A DNA stretch of 57,535 nucleotides, filler included, from Squatina squatina (GCA_031763465.1; 4 parts of 3 records of this genome joined end to end with filler, not necessarily neighbours in it), one strand, 5' to 3'. Positions 13,166 through 24,715 are shown, numbered from the whole stretch's first letter. Numbers and translations are program-made. Notes: generated from the letters alone by a model not told the origin.

Positions 13166-14504
13166 TTGAATGGTTACATGTCATACATTACATGGTACTG
13201 CATGAAAGAAGCCATACAAGGGTAATCGTCAGCCATCAAAACCTGATTGGTTTCACCTGACAAAATATTACCAATCATAGTTAGAGCTATTATCGCAACA
13301 GACGTGGAGAACTGTCTTCACAGGGATCAGGCCAGCAATCAAGATGCATAGCGGTAAGTATACATACACCATAGAATTAACATAGCTAGTGACAGAACCA
13401 TTCAGCTGATCCCCAAATCTCGGCCATGGGACTTCCGTGACTTCCATTCCCTTCAGTTTTGGCTGTCTCTTTCTACCCTGGTTTTTCAGTTTCATGCAAG
13501 GGCTGCTAATGAGTTGAGATGTCTTTTTAGTCCTTCCAAAGGGTTTCAGAATTCCTGCCCCCATTGCAACACTTCCCCTTAATTGTCCACAAATGTCTAA
13601 ATTTCATTTAAGCACAAATTTCCTCTCTTACTACTATTGTGTGCCTTACACTTGACCTGTTCTCCACCTGGATCTGTAACTAATTACACAAATATGCTGA
13701 TCCAGGAAATATGAATGCCACTCAGATGGAGTTAGCAGCAGTTCATAAGAGTTTAGAAGTGACTTGTACCAGGAGAAAAAAATCACCCCCACATACACCA
13801 AAGTTTGTGTGATTGAGAAATTGAAGCATAGGGTGAATCACTTCTTTAGGTTGTGGAAGGGCAGTGCTGGTGGCTGCTAAAGGGACAGTTGCTGTTGAAC
13901 GAAGGCTTAGCATAGCCATGTGCACTTTTGAGTCTCTTTGTTATTCTAGCTTCATGAGGCCGGCCATTGAATGAGGATACTTCATGAGCACAAATGGGTT
14001 CGCCAGAGACTTGTCTCCTTGCAGACCATGTTGTATTTGTTACAATTGTGAATTCTACTACTCAGTTGCATGCTATTGTGAAGCAAGATTTGACTGCTCC
14101 GTGAAGCGTTGTTGAGCAACATGCAACATCAGTGGCACTGGCCAGGGAGATTTCTGCTATGCACTCAGTGTGCAAAGTTGGATTATCTCTGTTATTGTAA
14201 ATAGTTTTTAGCAATGCGTACTGAAAGTCGGGCACTAATTAATGTCATTTACAATGGGTAACTGAGCCAACAGTAACTCAAAAGATGAACTAACTATAAC
14301 AGGATGGTTCCGCCAGCAGGAGGAAGGATGAGCCAAAAAGGTTGGAACTCGCACATTGGTAATTCATAAAAATGTTGGTAACCACGAGCAATATTTAGAG
14401 AGTTTTCAGCTGATCTAGGATCTTAAAAAGATTTAGTTTGCTCATTATAGGCTCCATTAATCACAGCATAATGATTGTAGCTGGAGATAGGCTGAACAAA
14501 AACA

Positions 14505-14843
14505 GGTAAGAGCTGAGAGAGCGGCGGACCTGCAATGAGGCAAGCGGGAGCAGTGGCAACAGCGAGGCTTAAAGGCAGCAGAGAGGCATACCAGGCGGGG
14601 GACAGCGAGAGAATCCAGGGCTGACGTCACATTTCAGAAGGTGACACATTGCAAGGAGAGGCAGCTGATTGGTAAGTAGGAACAGGTGGGTATTTCTACC
14701 ATTTTTAAATTTTTAACATTTTTTTTACTACTTTCATTAGCTTAAGTAAAACTTAATGTAGGGACTTCAGATTGTAGTAGGTAAAGTTTGGAGTGGAATA
14801 AGGTCCCTAGCATAAGTAGCACTCTTAATTAAAGGCAGTAACT
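14505..14843 (+). mobile_element. Probable 5'UTR of a CR1-type LINE, truncated by the scaffold end
   Basis: Abrupt GC/CpG-rich purine-rich segment with TGACGTCA (14622-14629) and gctgattggtaagtag. Resembles shark CR1 5' ends from memory. Confidence 0.4.
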
Positions 14844-14943
14844 NNNNNNNNNNNNNNNNNNNNNNNNNNNNNNNNNNNNNNNNNNNNTTAATTAATTAAN
14901 NNNNNNNNNNNNNNNNNNNNNNNNNNNNNNNNNNNNNNNNNNN
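14844..14943. other. Artificial scaffold-concatenation linker (44N + TTAATTAATTAA + 44N)
   Basis: Palindromic six-frame-stop 12-mer at 14888-14899, exactly centred in a 100-bp N block. The identical structure recurs twice more, and gene content differs on either side. Confidence 0.97.
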
Positions 14944-14949
14944 ACCCCA

Positions 14950-15200
14950 GCTGATGCAGGATCATTTTTTTTTTAAGTGACGTTGATTGAGGGAAGAATA
15001 TTGCTCGGACACTGGGAGCACTTATACTGCTGCTCTTTGTATTGGGATCTTTTACGTCCAACTGAGGGGTCACATAGGGCTTCTGTTTAACGTAGGATCT
15101 CATCTGATTTACAGTTTCAATAATACAGCACTCCCTCAGTACTGCCCCATGAGTGACACCCTATATTACATGCTCAAGTCTCTGGAGTGGAGCTTGAACC
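14950..15200 (-). mobile_element. DeuSINE fragment
   Basis: gggatcttttacgtcca...cagcactccctcagtactgc...gctcaagtctctggagtgg matches the other copies. Confidence 0.75.
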
Positions 15201-15396
15201 AGCCCTTGTTCTGCTGGTGCTGTCACTGGATGTGGCCCTGTGATCTTCAGCTTAGTAGAGAGCTAAAAGTTGTGTAGGATATCACGGTCAGCCAGCAACA
15301 GCACTAACAGAATAGGTTTCAGGGCAAAATCAGGATTATGCACATTCATTAACAGGTATGCAGCTGGATATCAGAGACATTAGAACAATCTTCAAC

Positions 15397-15624
15397 CTGT
15401 TCAATTTCAACTTCGTCTTCATCGTCAGCATCAGTCTGCTCCAAAGTCCGGAGCTGAAGACTTTCCTCTTGGTCACTTGGATAGGCTGGCTCCAAGAACT
15501 CTTGCGATTGGTTGACTGTGTCACCACGACGGAGAATGTTGATTTCACATTTGGAGCTGGGAGTAGCTTCACTGGATAGTGCTTCCACAGATGGAGAAAG
15601 GAGGGATCCTTCAACACTGGCGCG
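15397..15624 (-). CDS. PLEKHG1: PLEKHG1 internal exon (region after the PH domain, acidic)
   Basis: Acceptor ttttccccttccctgacag|, 228-bp open frame RASVEGSLLSPS...EPAYPSDQEESLQL...DADDEDEVEIEQ, weak donor CAG|gttgaa. Same strand and downstream of the PH exon; the 3' boundary is uncertain. Confidence 0.6.
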
Positions 15625-15892
15625 CTGTCAGGGAAGGGGAAAATCCATCACACACTGCTCACAAACTTTCATTATATACTTCATATATACACACAAGGAC
15701 GGAGTGAGACACAGCGAGCAATGGAGCGACAGTGTCAGAGCCACAGAAAGCCTTGAAGTAGATTAAAATACTGAAATGAGGTAGAATCCAAAACATTAAA
15801 TTACTGCATAAATAGGATTGTGGAAAAACTATGAAAAAAAGTTAAATTAATATTTACACAGACACCAAAGTAAACACACTTTAGCTCCATCC

Positions 15893-16120
15893 ATAGATTC
15901 ATAGAATTGTACAGCATAGGAGGCCTTTTGGCCCATTGTAGCTGTGCCGGTTCTTTGAAGAAGGTACCCAATTAGCCCCACTCCCATGTTCTTTCCTCAT
16001 AGCCCTGCAAACTTTTCATTTAAGTATTTATCCAATTCCCTTTTGGAAGTTACTACTGAATATGCTTCCACCAGCCTTTCAGACAGTGCATTCCAGATCA
16101 TAACTCTGCTTAAAAAAAAA
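15893..16120 (-). mobile_element. CR1 LINE 3' end
   Basis: catagattcatagaattgtacagcataggaggccttttggccc...tatccaattccctttt...gcattccagatcataac. Confidence 0.7.
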
Positions 16121-16334
16121 TGATCAGGAGCTCTCCTCTTATGGTGGAATTACTGCTGAAACAATCTGTACTGCCTACAGTACACACACATGTTCAAACC
16201 ATTAGTTTCTGTCGATGTTGCACGCCTATTTTAAGCTTTCTCAACAAAAGAACTCCCTTTCATAAAGCACCTTTCACATCAGGATGTCCCAAAGTGCTTC
16301 ACAGCCAATGAAACTTAAGCCCTACTCTGGAGAC

Positions 16335-16620
16335 TTCCACAAATAATCCAGGCCAATACTCCCAGTGCAGTACTGAAGAGATTTTAAACCAAGAATCCGT
16401 CTGCCCTCTCAGGTGGGCATAAAAGATCCCACGGGATGATTTTGAAGAGCAGGAGAGTTTTCCTGGTGGTCTGGCCAATATCTATCCCTCAACCAACATC
16501 ACAAACAGATGATCTGGTCATCATCACGTTGCTGTTTGTGGTACTTTGTTGTGCGCAAAGTGGCTGCCACATTTCCTACATTATGACAGCAACTACACTC
16601 CAAAAGTACTTTATTGAAAT
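16335..16620 (+). mobile_element. DeuSINE copy
   Basis: Deu domain gtctgccctctcaggtgggcataaaagatccc...ctggccaatatctatccctcaaccaacatc. Confidence 0.8.
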
Positions 16621-16720
16621 NNNNNNNNNNNNNNNNNNNNNNNNNNNNNNNNNNNNNNNNNNNNNNNNNNNNNNNNNNNNNNNNNNNNNNNNNNNNNNNN
16701 NNNNNNNNNNNNNNNNNNNN

Positions 16721-17078
16721 CCTTTCATGTCCTCAAAACGTCCCAACTTTCTTAAAGAAAAAGTCATTGGCCGTGAACCGCAGTTGTTGTTTTGCAGACA
16801 AACATGGCAATTAAATTGCACACAGCAAGATTTAACAAACAGCAACGTGTTAATGACCAGATAATCTGTTTCAGTGATATTGGTTGACAGATAAACATTG
16901 GCCAGAATGCGGGGGGAATTCTCATACTATTCTCTGAAATGTGCCATGGGGTCTTTTACATCCACTTCAGTGGGCAGACAGGGCCTCGGTTTAATGTCTC
17001 ATCCAAAAGACGACACTTCTGACAGTGCAGCACTCCCTCAGTACTGCACTGGAGTGTCAGCCTGGATTATCAGCTCAA
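16721..17078 (-). mobile_element. DeuSINE copy
   Basis: gtgccatggggtcttttacatccac...gggcctcggtttaatgtctcatcc...gacagtgcagcactccctcagtactgcactggagtgtcagcc. Confidence 0.85.
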
Positions 17079-17152
17079 GGTGAAAAATAGAACTGTTAGA
17101 ACCTGCATTCATCTACAGTAGAACTGCAAAGCATTCAGAATACTCTGGGTAA

Positions 17153-17632
17153 AACAACAACTTGCACTTATATAGCACCTTTAAACATAGTAAAATGTCC
17201 CAAGGTGCATCACATGTGCATAATCAGACCAAAGTTGACACCGAGCCACACCAAGGTTTAAGGAGTGTCTTAAAAGGAGAGAGGGGCGCGGAGGTTTAGA
17301 GTGGCAATTCCAGAGCTTAGGGCAGAGATAGCTGAAGTTACGACCGCCAATGGTGGAGCGAAGGGAATCAGGGATGCACAAGAGACCAAAATTGGAAGAA
17401 TGCAGAGATCTCAGAGGGTTTTAGGGCTGGAGATTACATATATAGGAATTGGCAAGGCCATGAAGGGATCTGAACTCGAGGAAGAGAATCTTAAATACAA
17501 GGCGCTCATGGACTGGGAGCCAATGTAGGTTAGCAAGCTCAGAGACGACGGGCGAGCAGGACTTGCTGAGAGTTTTGGATGGGCTGAAGTTTATGTAGGG
17601 TGGAAGATGGAAGGCTGGCCAGGGGAGCATTG
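17153..17632 (-). mobile_element. L2-clade LINE 3' end
   Basis: ORF2 C-terminal motifs LANLHWLPVHERLVFKIL and GGRNFSYLCPKLWN. Tail AAAGGTGCTATATAAGTGCAAG(TTG)n. Confidence 0.85.
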
Positions 17633-17775
17633 AAAACTGCTGAACTTTATTAACTCATTATACTTTTAGACAATGCTAAAAGGCATGTGTTTCAGGAGAA
17701 CATTTTTGGTTCAGCAGAGTACTGCAAACCCCAAAACTCCAGGTAAATGCAAGTCAGTGAAAAAACAGTTCTTAC

Positions 17776-17958
17776 CAAAATATGAGCTTTATATGTATAA
17801 GTCTCTTCCCTTTTTTTAGTGATGAGAAGAAGTTTATCTAAAAGAAACAAAGTGCGTTCATTTTTGGCTCGCTGTATGCGGAATGTTCCCTCTAAAACCA
17901 GCTCTCCATAGCTGGTCAGGTCTGGACCCTTCCAGTTTGTCAGCAGGCTCTGTATCTC
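17776..17958 (-). CDS. PLEKHG1: PLEKHG1 exon, PH domain start
   Basis: 183 bp, AG/GT bounded: [61 protein letters not shown], near-identical to vertebrate PLEKHG1. Not in the ORF track. Confidence 0.95.
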
Positions 17959-18027
17959 CTTAACAAGAACACAGATAAATGATCAAACAGCAGTGGAAAT
18001 AAAACAGTGAGATCAACTAATGCTATC

Positions 18028-18266
18028 AATATACAGGAACAGGAGTAGGCCTGTTCTGCCATTCAATTAGATCATGGCTGATCTGTACCTGAACTCCATT
18101 TACCCACCTTGGTTCCATATCCCTTAATACCCTTACACAACAAAAATCTGTTAACCTCAGTTTTGACAGCCTCAGCAGGGGGAGAGTGTTCCAGATTTCC
18201 ACCACTCCTTATGTGAAGAAGAGCTTCCTGACATCACTACTCAACGGCCTAGCTCTAATTTTAAGG
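18028..18266 (-). mobile_element. CR1 LINE 3' end
   Basis: aggaacaggagtaggcc...gccattcaattagatcatggctgatc...gttccagatttccaccactcc. Confidence 0.8.
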
Positions 18267-19247
18267 TACAGAAGCGAAATACTGCAGATGCTGGAATCTA
18301 GAATATAAACAGAAAATGCTGTAAAAACTCAGGTCAGGNNNNNNNNNNNNNNNNNNNNNNNNNNNNNNNNNNNNNNNNNNNNNNNNNNNNNNNNNNNNNN
18401 NNNNNNNNNNNNNNNNNNNNNNNNNNNNNNNNNNNNNNNNNNNNNNNNNNNNNNNNNNNNNNNNNNNNNNNNNNNNNNNNNNNNNNNNNNNNNNNNNNNN
18501 NNNNNNNNNNNNNNNNNNNNNNNNNNNNNNNNNNNNNNNNNNNNNNNNNNNNNNNNNNNNNNNNNNNNNNNNNNNNNNNNNNNNNNNNNNNNNNNNNNNN
18601 NNNNNNNNNNNNNNNNNNNNNNNNNNNNNNNNNNNNNNNNNNNNNNNNNNNNNNNNNNNNNNNNNNNNNNNNNNNNNNNNNNNNNNNNNNNNNNNNNNNN
18701 NNNNNNNNNNNNNNNNNNNNNNNNNNNNNNNNNNNNNNNNNNNNNNNNNNNNNNNNNNNNNNNNNNNNNNNNNNNNNNNNNNNNNNNNNNNNNNNNCATC
18801 TTTCGATTAGGCACTTTACAGCCTTCTGGACTTAACATGGAGTTCAACAATTTCAGAGCATAACCTCTGCTCTCTTTTTTCTTATCATTTTAAATCAGGT
18901 CTATTTTCCATTTCCCTCATGGCTGTTGCTGTCTTTTCCCCCCTATTTACACCCCATCTAGATGTAATGTGCTTCGTTTTGTTGCCATTACCACCTCTGA
19001 TTGTCTTGCATCATCTCTTAATCTCTTCTGCCTTCCACACAATGATGTTACCCTTTGTTCTTCCCTCTCCCACCCCTTTGCCTGCCGGTGCTTTAAAACT
19101 TGCTGTATTTCTGGCTTTTCTCAGTTCTGACAAAGGGTCATCAACCTGAAACGTTAACTCTTGTTTTTCTCTCCACACCTGCTGAGTTTTTCCAGCATTT
19201 TTTGTTTATATGCTAAATTCCAGCATCCGCAGTATTTCACTTCTGTA
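18267..19247 (+). mobile_element. Penelope-like element: GIY-YIG C-terminus, pLTR and inverted terminal copy
   Basis: 18798-18863 encodes IFRLGTLQPSGLNMEFNNFRA* (typical PLE GIY-YIG tail, L.TL.P.GLN). 18267-18332 is the reverse complement of 19182-19247 (60/66 identical by manual comparison). The interior is partly an N gap. Confidence 0.8.
19123..19159 (+). ncRNA. Minimal type I hammerhead ribozyme motif (degenerate, CpG-decayed)
   Basis: AGTT-CTGACAA-AGGGTCATCAACCT-GAAA-C-GTT-AACT: stem I AGTT/AACT, CUGANGA core with G>A, stem II, GAAA, palindromic ACGT stem III, GUU cleavage triplet. Confidence 0.65.
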
Positions 19248-19349
19248 GACTGGGAATTAAATCCGTGATCTATTGCCCTTATGACCTACAAACACTTCAA
19301 CAGGCCAATCAGAGCAGTTCTTTCTTAACTGCCTTTGAAGTGGCCTAGC

Positions 19350-19475
19350 AAAGCATTCGATTGTATCAAGCCACCAGTAGCTTAAGGAGGAGGTCTACCA
19401 CCACATTCTCAGGGCAACTAGGGATGGGCAATAAGTGCTGACCTTGCCAGTGACGCCTACTTCCAGAGAAGAAAT
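19350..19475 (+). mobile_element. 3' end of a non-LTR retrotransposon (common shark repeat)
   Basis: accaccacattctcagggcaactagggatgggcaataagtgctgaccttgccagtgacgcc, recognised from memory only. Confidence 0.45.
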
Positions 19476-19494
19476 GTTTTAATTGATTAAGTAC

Positions 19495-19626
19495 CTGCAG
19501 CCTTACTGCATGCTCATGTTTCCTCTTCATATCATTAATGTGCCAAGCCACCCTCTGCATTGTGTCAATGGCATCCTGCACCACATCGTAACACTCCATG
19601 TCCTTCTCCAGATGGTTAACTATTTC
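19495..19626 (-). CDS. PLEKHG1: PLEKHG1 exon, end of DH domain
   Basis: 132 bp, AG/GT bounded: [44 protein letters not shown]. Confidence 0.95.
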
Positions 19627-20792
19627 CTGTACAAAACAATAACCAAGAAAAGGATAAAGAGCCACAAGAAAATTAAAATATCTAGGAGTGGGTAGAAAAA
19701 TCGGCAATGGCCCATTTTCAGGCAATTTACACAGGGCACAAACAGTGCACGCTCCAACCGGGAGACCTGCCTGAGATTGGGCCTCTTGTTTAATTTCAAT
19801 ACTTTGATCAATTAACCAGATGCTGGTCAAGCTTCCATTGCCCACTCAGCAATTTTGTGATGCTTGCCTCACCGACAGCAGCCCCAAGGTAGCTGGGGTG
19901 AGTGAAGGAGGAGGAGGACAAAAGGAGGGATTGGTGATCGTGGGATGGTCTGTGGAGCAGAGTTCCAGCTGGAAAATGGTCTAAGAAAAAAAAATTCACC
20001 AATATCTTTCCCAAAGACACTTCCCTAAATCAACTGCCCGCAAATATATCAAATCACATGGAAATGTAAAAAATTTACAAACTGTGGTCACTAAATTTCT
20101 ACCCCTCACCAGAGACTGTAGCGAGCTTTGGTTTAATGGTCAAAAGCTGCTCCATTTCAAAGGCATAGAAACCAAAATGGTTCCATCATCTAGTTGAACA
20201 CATTACAACCCCTTCAGAAAGTACCATACACATCTTCAAGAATAGCTCACCCTAACTGGTTTAATGGTCTCTTACCTGCCAGAGTTAGGCGAGCTCATTC
20301 AGGTGTCAGAAATAGCAGACAGTTAATTATGATCCTGTTTATGAAGCTGATACTGGTCATCTCAATATACAATCTTGATAGCAAGAATGCAAACTCCAAA
20401 ATGCCATAAACTGCCTGACCCAGTTCAATGATATATGCTGACACACCAAATGTTGACCTTTTGAGTGTACAAAAGTTTCACACCTAGACTGCCATATTGA
20501 AATCTGCAACAGATGAAAGCCCAAGGGAGATGATCCCAAATATTTAAGGATGCTGAAGGCAAACACTAAAATTAAGAAAAAGCAGCAAGCTCAGTAGATT
20601 CCTTGAACCATTGACACTTCATCCCCACAACAGCTGTAGTTTAACTGGAGAAAGGACCCACACAATGAGCAATTCTGTCCATTTACTCAATTTCTGACAC
20701 TTCTACCGACAAATTTTCTAGATGCAGAAAATGACATTGATTGCCAGTAAAGATCATCAAAACTGCTCGAATGTAGACTGAAAGCCACTTAC

Positions 20793-20943
20793 ATGCAAGA
20801 GGAGGTGGTATTTTAGGATGCGTTGCACTGGTTTGAGAAGGTAGGATCCTAGTGGTAGGGAGTGCTTCAAGGTCTCCTGTCGCTCTCTGAAGAATTTGGC
20901 AAGCACTTTGTTTCTCATACATTCTGTTAACACGGCCACAGAC
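20793..20943 (-). CDS. PLEKHG1: PLEKHG1 exon, DH domain
   Basis: 151 bp, cgcag|G...CAT|gtaagt: [50 protein letters not shown]. Confidence 0.95.
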
Positions 20944-21077
20944 CTGCGAGTGATCCAGAAAGATTAGGGGCTCTTATAAATAATTGGCTCCTGTACAAAA
21001 CAATACCTGGAATGTATCTCTATGGTTACTTCAGTCTCTGTCTTTCATGCGTCGAATTTCACAAGTGGCATTTCCTT

Positions 21078-21357
21078 CTCATAGAAAGAACATATAAAAT
21101 AGGAGCAGGAGTAGGCCATTTGGCCCTTTGGACACGCTCCGCCATTCAAAGAGATCATGGCTGATCCTCCAACTCAGTACCTTGTTCTAGCTTTCTCCCC
21201 ATATCCCTTAATGCCTTTAGTATCAAGAAATATATATAACTCCTTCTTAAAATATATTTAATCACCTGGTCTCCATGGCATTTTGTGGTAGAGAATTTCA
21301 CAGGTTCACCACTCAGTGAAGAAATTTCTCCTCATCTCAGTCTTAAACAGCATACCC
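21078..21357 (-). mobile_element. CR1 LINE 3' end
   Basis: ataggagcaggagtaggccatttggccc...ggtagagaatttcacaggttcaccactcagtgaagaaatttctcctcatctcagtc, closely similar to 40310-40530. Confidence 0.85.
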
Positions 21358-21492
21358 NNNNNNNNNNNNNNNNNNNNNNNNNNNNNNNNNNNNNNNNNNN
21401 NNNNNNNNNNNNNNNNNNNNNNNNNNNNNNNNNNNNNNNNNNNNNNNNNNNNNNNNNAAGATTGCTACTTTGATCCAATGTACAAGTAATAC

Positions 21493-21927
21493 CTTCACAA
21501 TGCTCCTCAGGTCTTGGACATAGGTCCGCTCAGTCTCCAGGATTTCCTGCACTACTCTATCCACATAAAGCAGCTTTGGGCTTGCAGTCGCTGCTCCTGG
21601 GGATGTTGCACGATTCTTGTGGGACCCCCTGGAGTCAACTCTCTTGATCCCACCGATTGCGGGCCTCTTCTCAGCCACCTCTCCAGAATTTGCACACCCC
21701 GGTTTACTCCTTCCACGCTGCTCCGCACTGGACAAATGTCTCGTCGGAATCAATTCCAGCCTGATGGCCCCAGCCTCCTTCTCCTGTCCTGCGAGGCCCA
21801 AGTGGCTGTTGGAGACCAGGGTCATCCCGCTGCTTAAGGAGCAATGGCTGTCCCTGGAGGAGGCAGAGGAGGACGTAGAACTGTAGCTGACTGGGCGGTC
21901 ATGGTCAGATGAATCCATGCTCCTCAT
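21493..21927 (-). CDS. PLEKHG1: PLEKHG1 first major coding exon (exon spans 21493-22043; ATG at 21927 or 21918)
   Basis: [27 protein letters not shown]...[11 protein letters not shown]...GAIRLELIP...[30 protein letters not shown] matches the PLEKHG1 N-terminus and DH start. Acceptor tttctttgctttcttgcag| at 22044-45, donor AAG|gtatta. Confidence 0.95.
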
Positions 21928-22611
21928 TCCACCGTATCGTCCATTATCTCTGTGCAGGAAGCCAACGGGAGCAGTCAAGGTTGCTCTATGGGAATGTGTC
22001 TCTCGAACAGGTGGTAGGACATCTGGGAGCACATGATACTCATCTGCAAGAAAGCAAAGAAATGAAAGACTGTGCAGTTTGGGGAGTAATTAGATAAGTC
22101 AACTCATTCAGATGTATATATATATTTTTTGGCAAATCAAATCAAATTAAAATACAGTAATTAACAAATAAAACTTTAAGCTAATAAACTTTAAACTAAA
22201 ACTTATCAAAACNNNNNNNNNNNNNNNNNNNNNNNNNNNNNNNNNNNNNNNNNNNNNNNNNNNNNNNNNNNNNNNNNNNNNNNNNNNNNNNNNNNNNNNN
22301 NNNNNNNNNNNNACACAGACATCAACTAGCTGAGTTTTGAATAATCCAAACACAAACCATTCTCCCAATGGACTCATATAATCCTCTGCAGTTACACCAT
22401 TTTTCCAAGCGGTGACTTAAACATGACCTGGAGCCATGGTCACCAGCATCTTGAGCCAAAGTCCACACACAAGGTTTTTTTTTGTGTGTGTGTGTTTGTT
22501 TTACAAACTAAAATGTTTTTCATCTCCCAATTGATGAATTGTGATATTTGGGTGATCCCTCACATTGTTGAGGCCACTGCCTGAGTCAGCTTTGTAGAAT
22601 GTTCCAACAGA

Positions 22612-22688
22612 ACACTCAAATCTCTGGACTGGGTCTTGAACTCACGACCTTCTGATGCAGAGGCTGCCCACTGAGCCATGGCTGACAC
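22612..22688 (-). mobile_element. DeuSINE tRNA-derived head fragment
   Basis: Reverse complement tcagccatggctcagtgggcagc...tcagaaggtcgtgagttcaagaccc, with A/B box-like motifs. Confidence 0.65.
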
Positions 22689-24112
22689 CAAATTGAGGCG
22701 CTTTCCAAAAGACATTTGCAAGCTGCCAACAAATAAAAGTGTAGCCAAACAGTGATGACATAAATCCCAACAAATCAATCATTGCAACGATGGGATACAA
22801 AAGACCCCCGGCACTTCTCCTAAAGAGGTTCAGCAGGCAGTCCTTAAAATGCTCATTAATGTTGTATTAGTTTAGGTTCTTTTTCCCCTTAAAATGCATT
22901 TCCTGCATCACACGGCCACTGTTCACCACTGATAGAGAACAGCTCCGGAGCCAAGGCAAGACACTCGTGTCACAAGGGGGCAGAGCCACTTGGACCCATC
23001 GTGGGTCAGGGATGCAATGCAAGTACAAGTTTCTTTAAGACAATAGCATCTAGTTTGAAACAAGAGTACATCAGGAGAAAGCCAACAGATGATCTCATCC
23101 CCAATAAAATCAATTGCTGGCAACAGGCTCCAACGGTCCGATTTGAATGGTATTGACATCTTGTGAGCAATAGGTTTCCAGGCTTGGCTTGGGATGCAAA
23201 GTTGAGTCTATTGCAAGTGCAGTGGCATCTGATGGCGTGGGGGCAGTGTATTTACCTAAATATCAGTGACTTCCTGTTCCCATCTTCCCTAGTAACCCTC
23301 CAGTCTGAGAGGACAGGGTACCTGGGTGCACCTCTTGTCCAGACTCCTTTTCCTCCCAATCACCAGGTTGTGACTTCTGCAGCAAGTTAACCTCTTGTAA
23401 TCTAGGCATGTCCTTGGATAGTGTGAATGGCACTCCAGCAGACAGTTTAAAATCAAATGAAAGAAAATCTCTCCAATATAAACTAAAACTGGGAAAGCAG
23501 GTGGAAATACCCAGACTTTTTCCCCCATTGCAGGAAGACACGGTGGGGTGGGGGAAAAGGAGAGAGAGAGAATGCTGTGCATGGAGAAGAGGGAGATAAA
23601 ATTGTGTTAACAGAAGCTAAGTTGAAGCCAAACTTAAATCATTTAAAACCAGGGGGAAAATTGACTACGCGAAACACAACCATAGATTAGCGTCCTCGTC
23701 AAAAAGACCATCTGAACAATTATCTTTTAGATATTCATATTTTCAAGGCAAGCTACTCACAAATCTGGATTGTCAGGCTTTTATGTTTGACTGCTGGTAC
23801 AGTGTGTGTATTAAACCAGATCAAAATTGCCCCTTCAAACCACAGATGTCACCCACACCCAAAAGAAACCTCCTAAAATCCAGCCTTTCTGCATCATACC
23901 TCAACCGTTCAGCAATGCAACAAGCCATCCATCTGCTGGATAATAATCCCAAAGTAAGGGGCAATTATTCAGGCTGGGTGCAAGCTCAGGGCAGCTGCAA
24001 GCTTGGGGCAGCTGCTGGCACATGCCAGCTCACTGCAAACCTTTAAAAGGAATCAGATTCGAGATCACGTTCATTCACTCAAACAGAATGATTAAAAAGC
24101 GCAATACAGACA

Positions 24113-24130
24113 GACACACACACACACACA
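24113..24130. repeat. (CA)n microsatellite
   Basis: gacacacacacacacaca. Confidence 0.85.
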
Positions 24131-24142
24131 ATGACTACTTAC

Positions 24143-24400
24143 CCTGTGGGCTGGCCTCCCTGCAATGGTTTAAGTCTATATTCCTGAGACTTTGAGATGT
24201 AAAGTATTATGTTGCTTTGTGATTCCAATTCAATAGCCCATCTTCAGTTTACACAAAAAATGCAAAAACCCTTCATGGAATCTTCCCGTCCAGCACAGTA
24301 ACTCCCAACAGCCGAAGCCTGTGAGCTCTCTTCAGCCAGGTCTATGCGGAAGATGCGCATGTCACAATGTGCGGCAGTGCTCAGTGCAGTCCTCACCCAG
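24143..24400 (-). other. PLEKHG1: Candidate non-coding 5' exon of PLEKHG1
   Basis: Consensus donor CAGG|gtaagt at 24141-24142. The in-phase frame is closed. NRF1-like TGCGCATG near 24355. The 5' end is unknown. Confidence 0.35.
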
Positions 24401-24715
24401 TCGACCCACAGCTAACTACTGCCGCTGGTCAGAAGATTAACGATCAGCCAAGGGCCATCAGCCGCATTTTAAATTTAGGCAGGAGGCTCCAGTTTTTGCT
24501 GATAACACAAGGTGGCAGTTTGCCAGCACTGCAGGCAGCATTTCTATTCAGGACACATTCACCGCAAGAGCATTTAAAGGGGCCCCAACAATCAATCTTT
24601 CATTGCCATCTGCACCACTTTCCACAGGCACCAATTTAAAAAGATAAAGCTACTGTGCCCAGAAATTGTACCACTTGATGTACAATCCTTGGAGACTCAT
24701 TCATTAGACAGTCAG

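Noticed and set aside
14888-14899. TTAATTAATTAA as a biological repeat or CRISPR-like spacer
   Set aside because: Exactly centred in 100-bp N blocks three times, so it is an assembly linker.
19690-20105. Putative MITE with GGGTAGAAA terminal inverted repeats
   Set aside because: Only about 9 bp match and there is no clear TSD.
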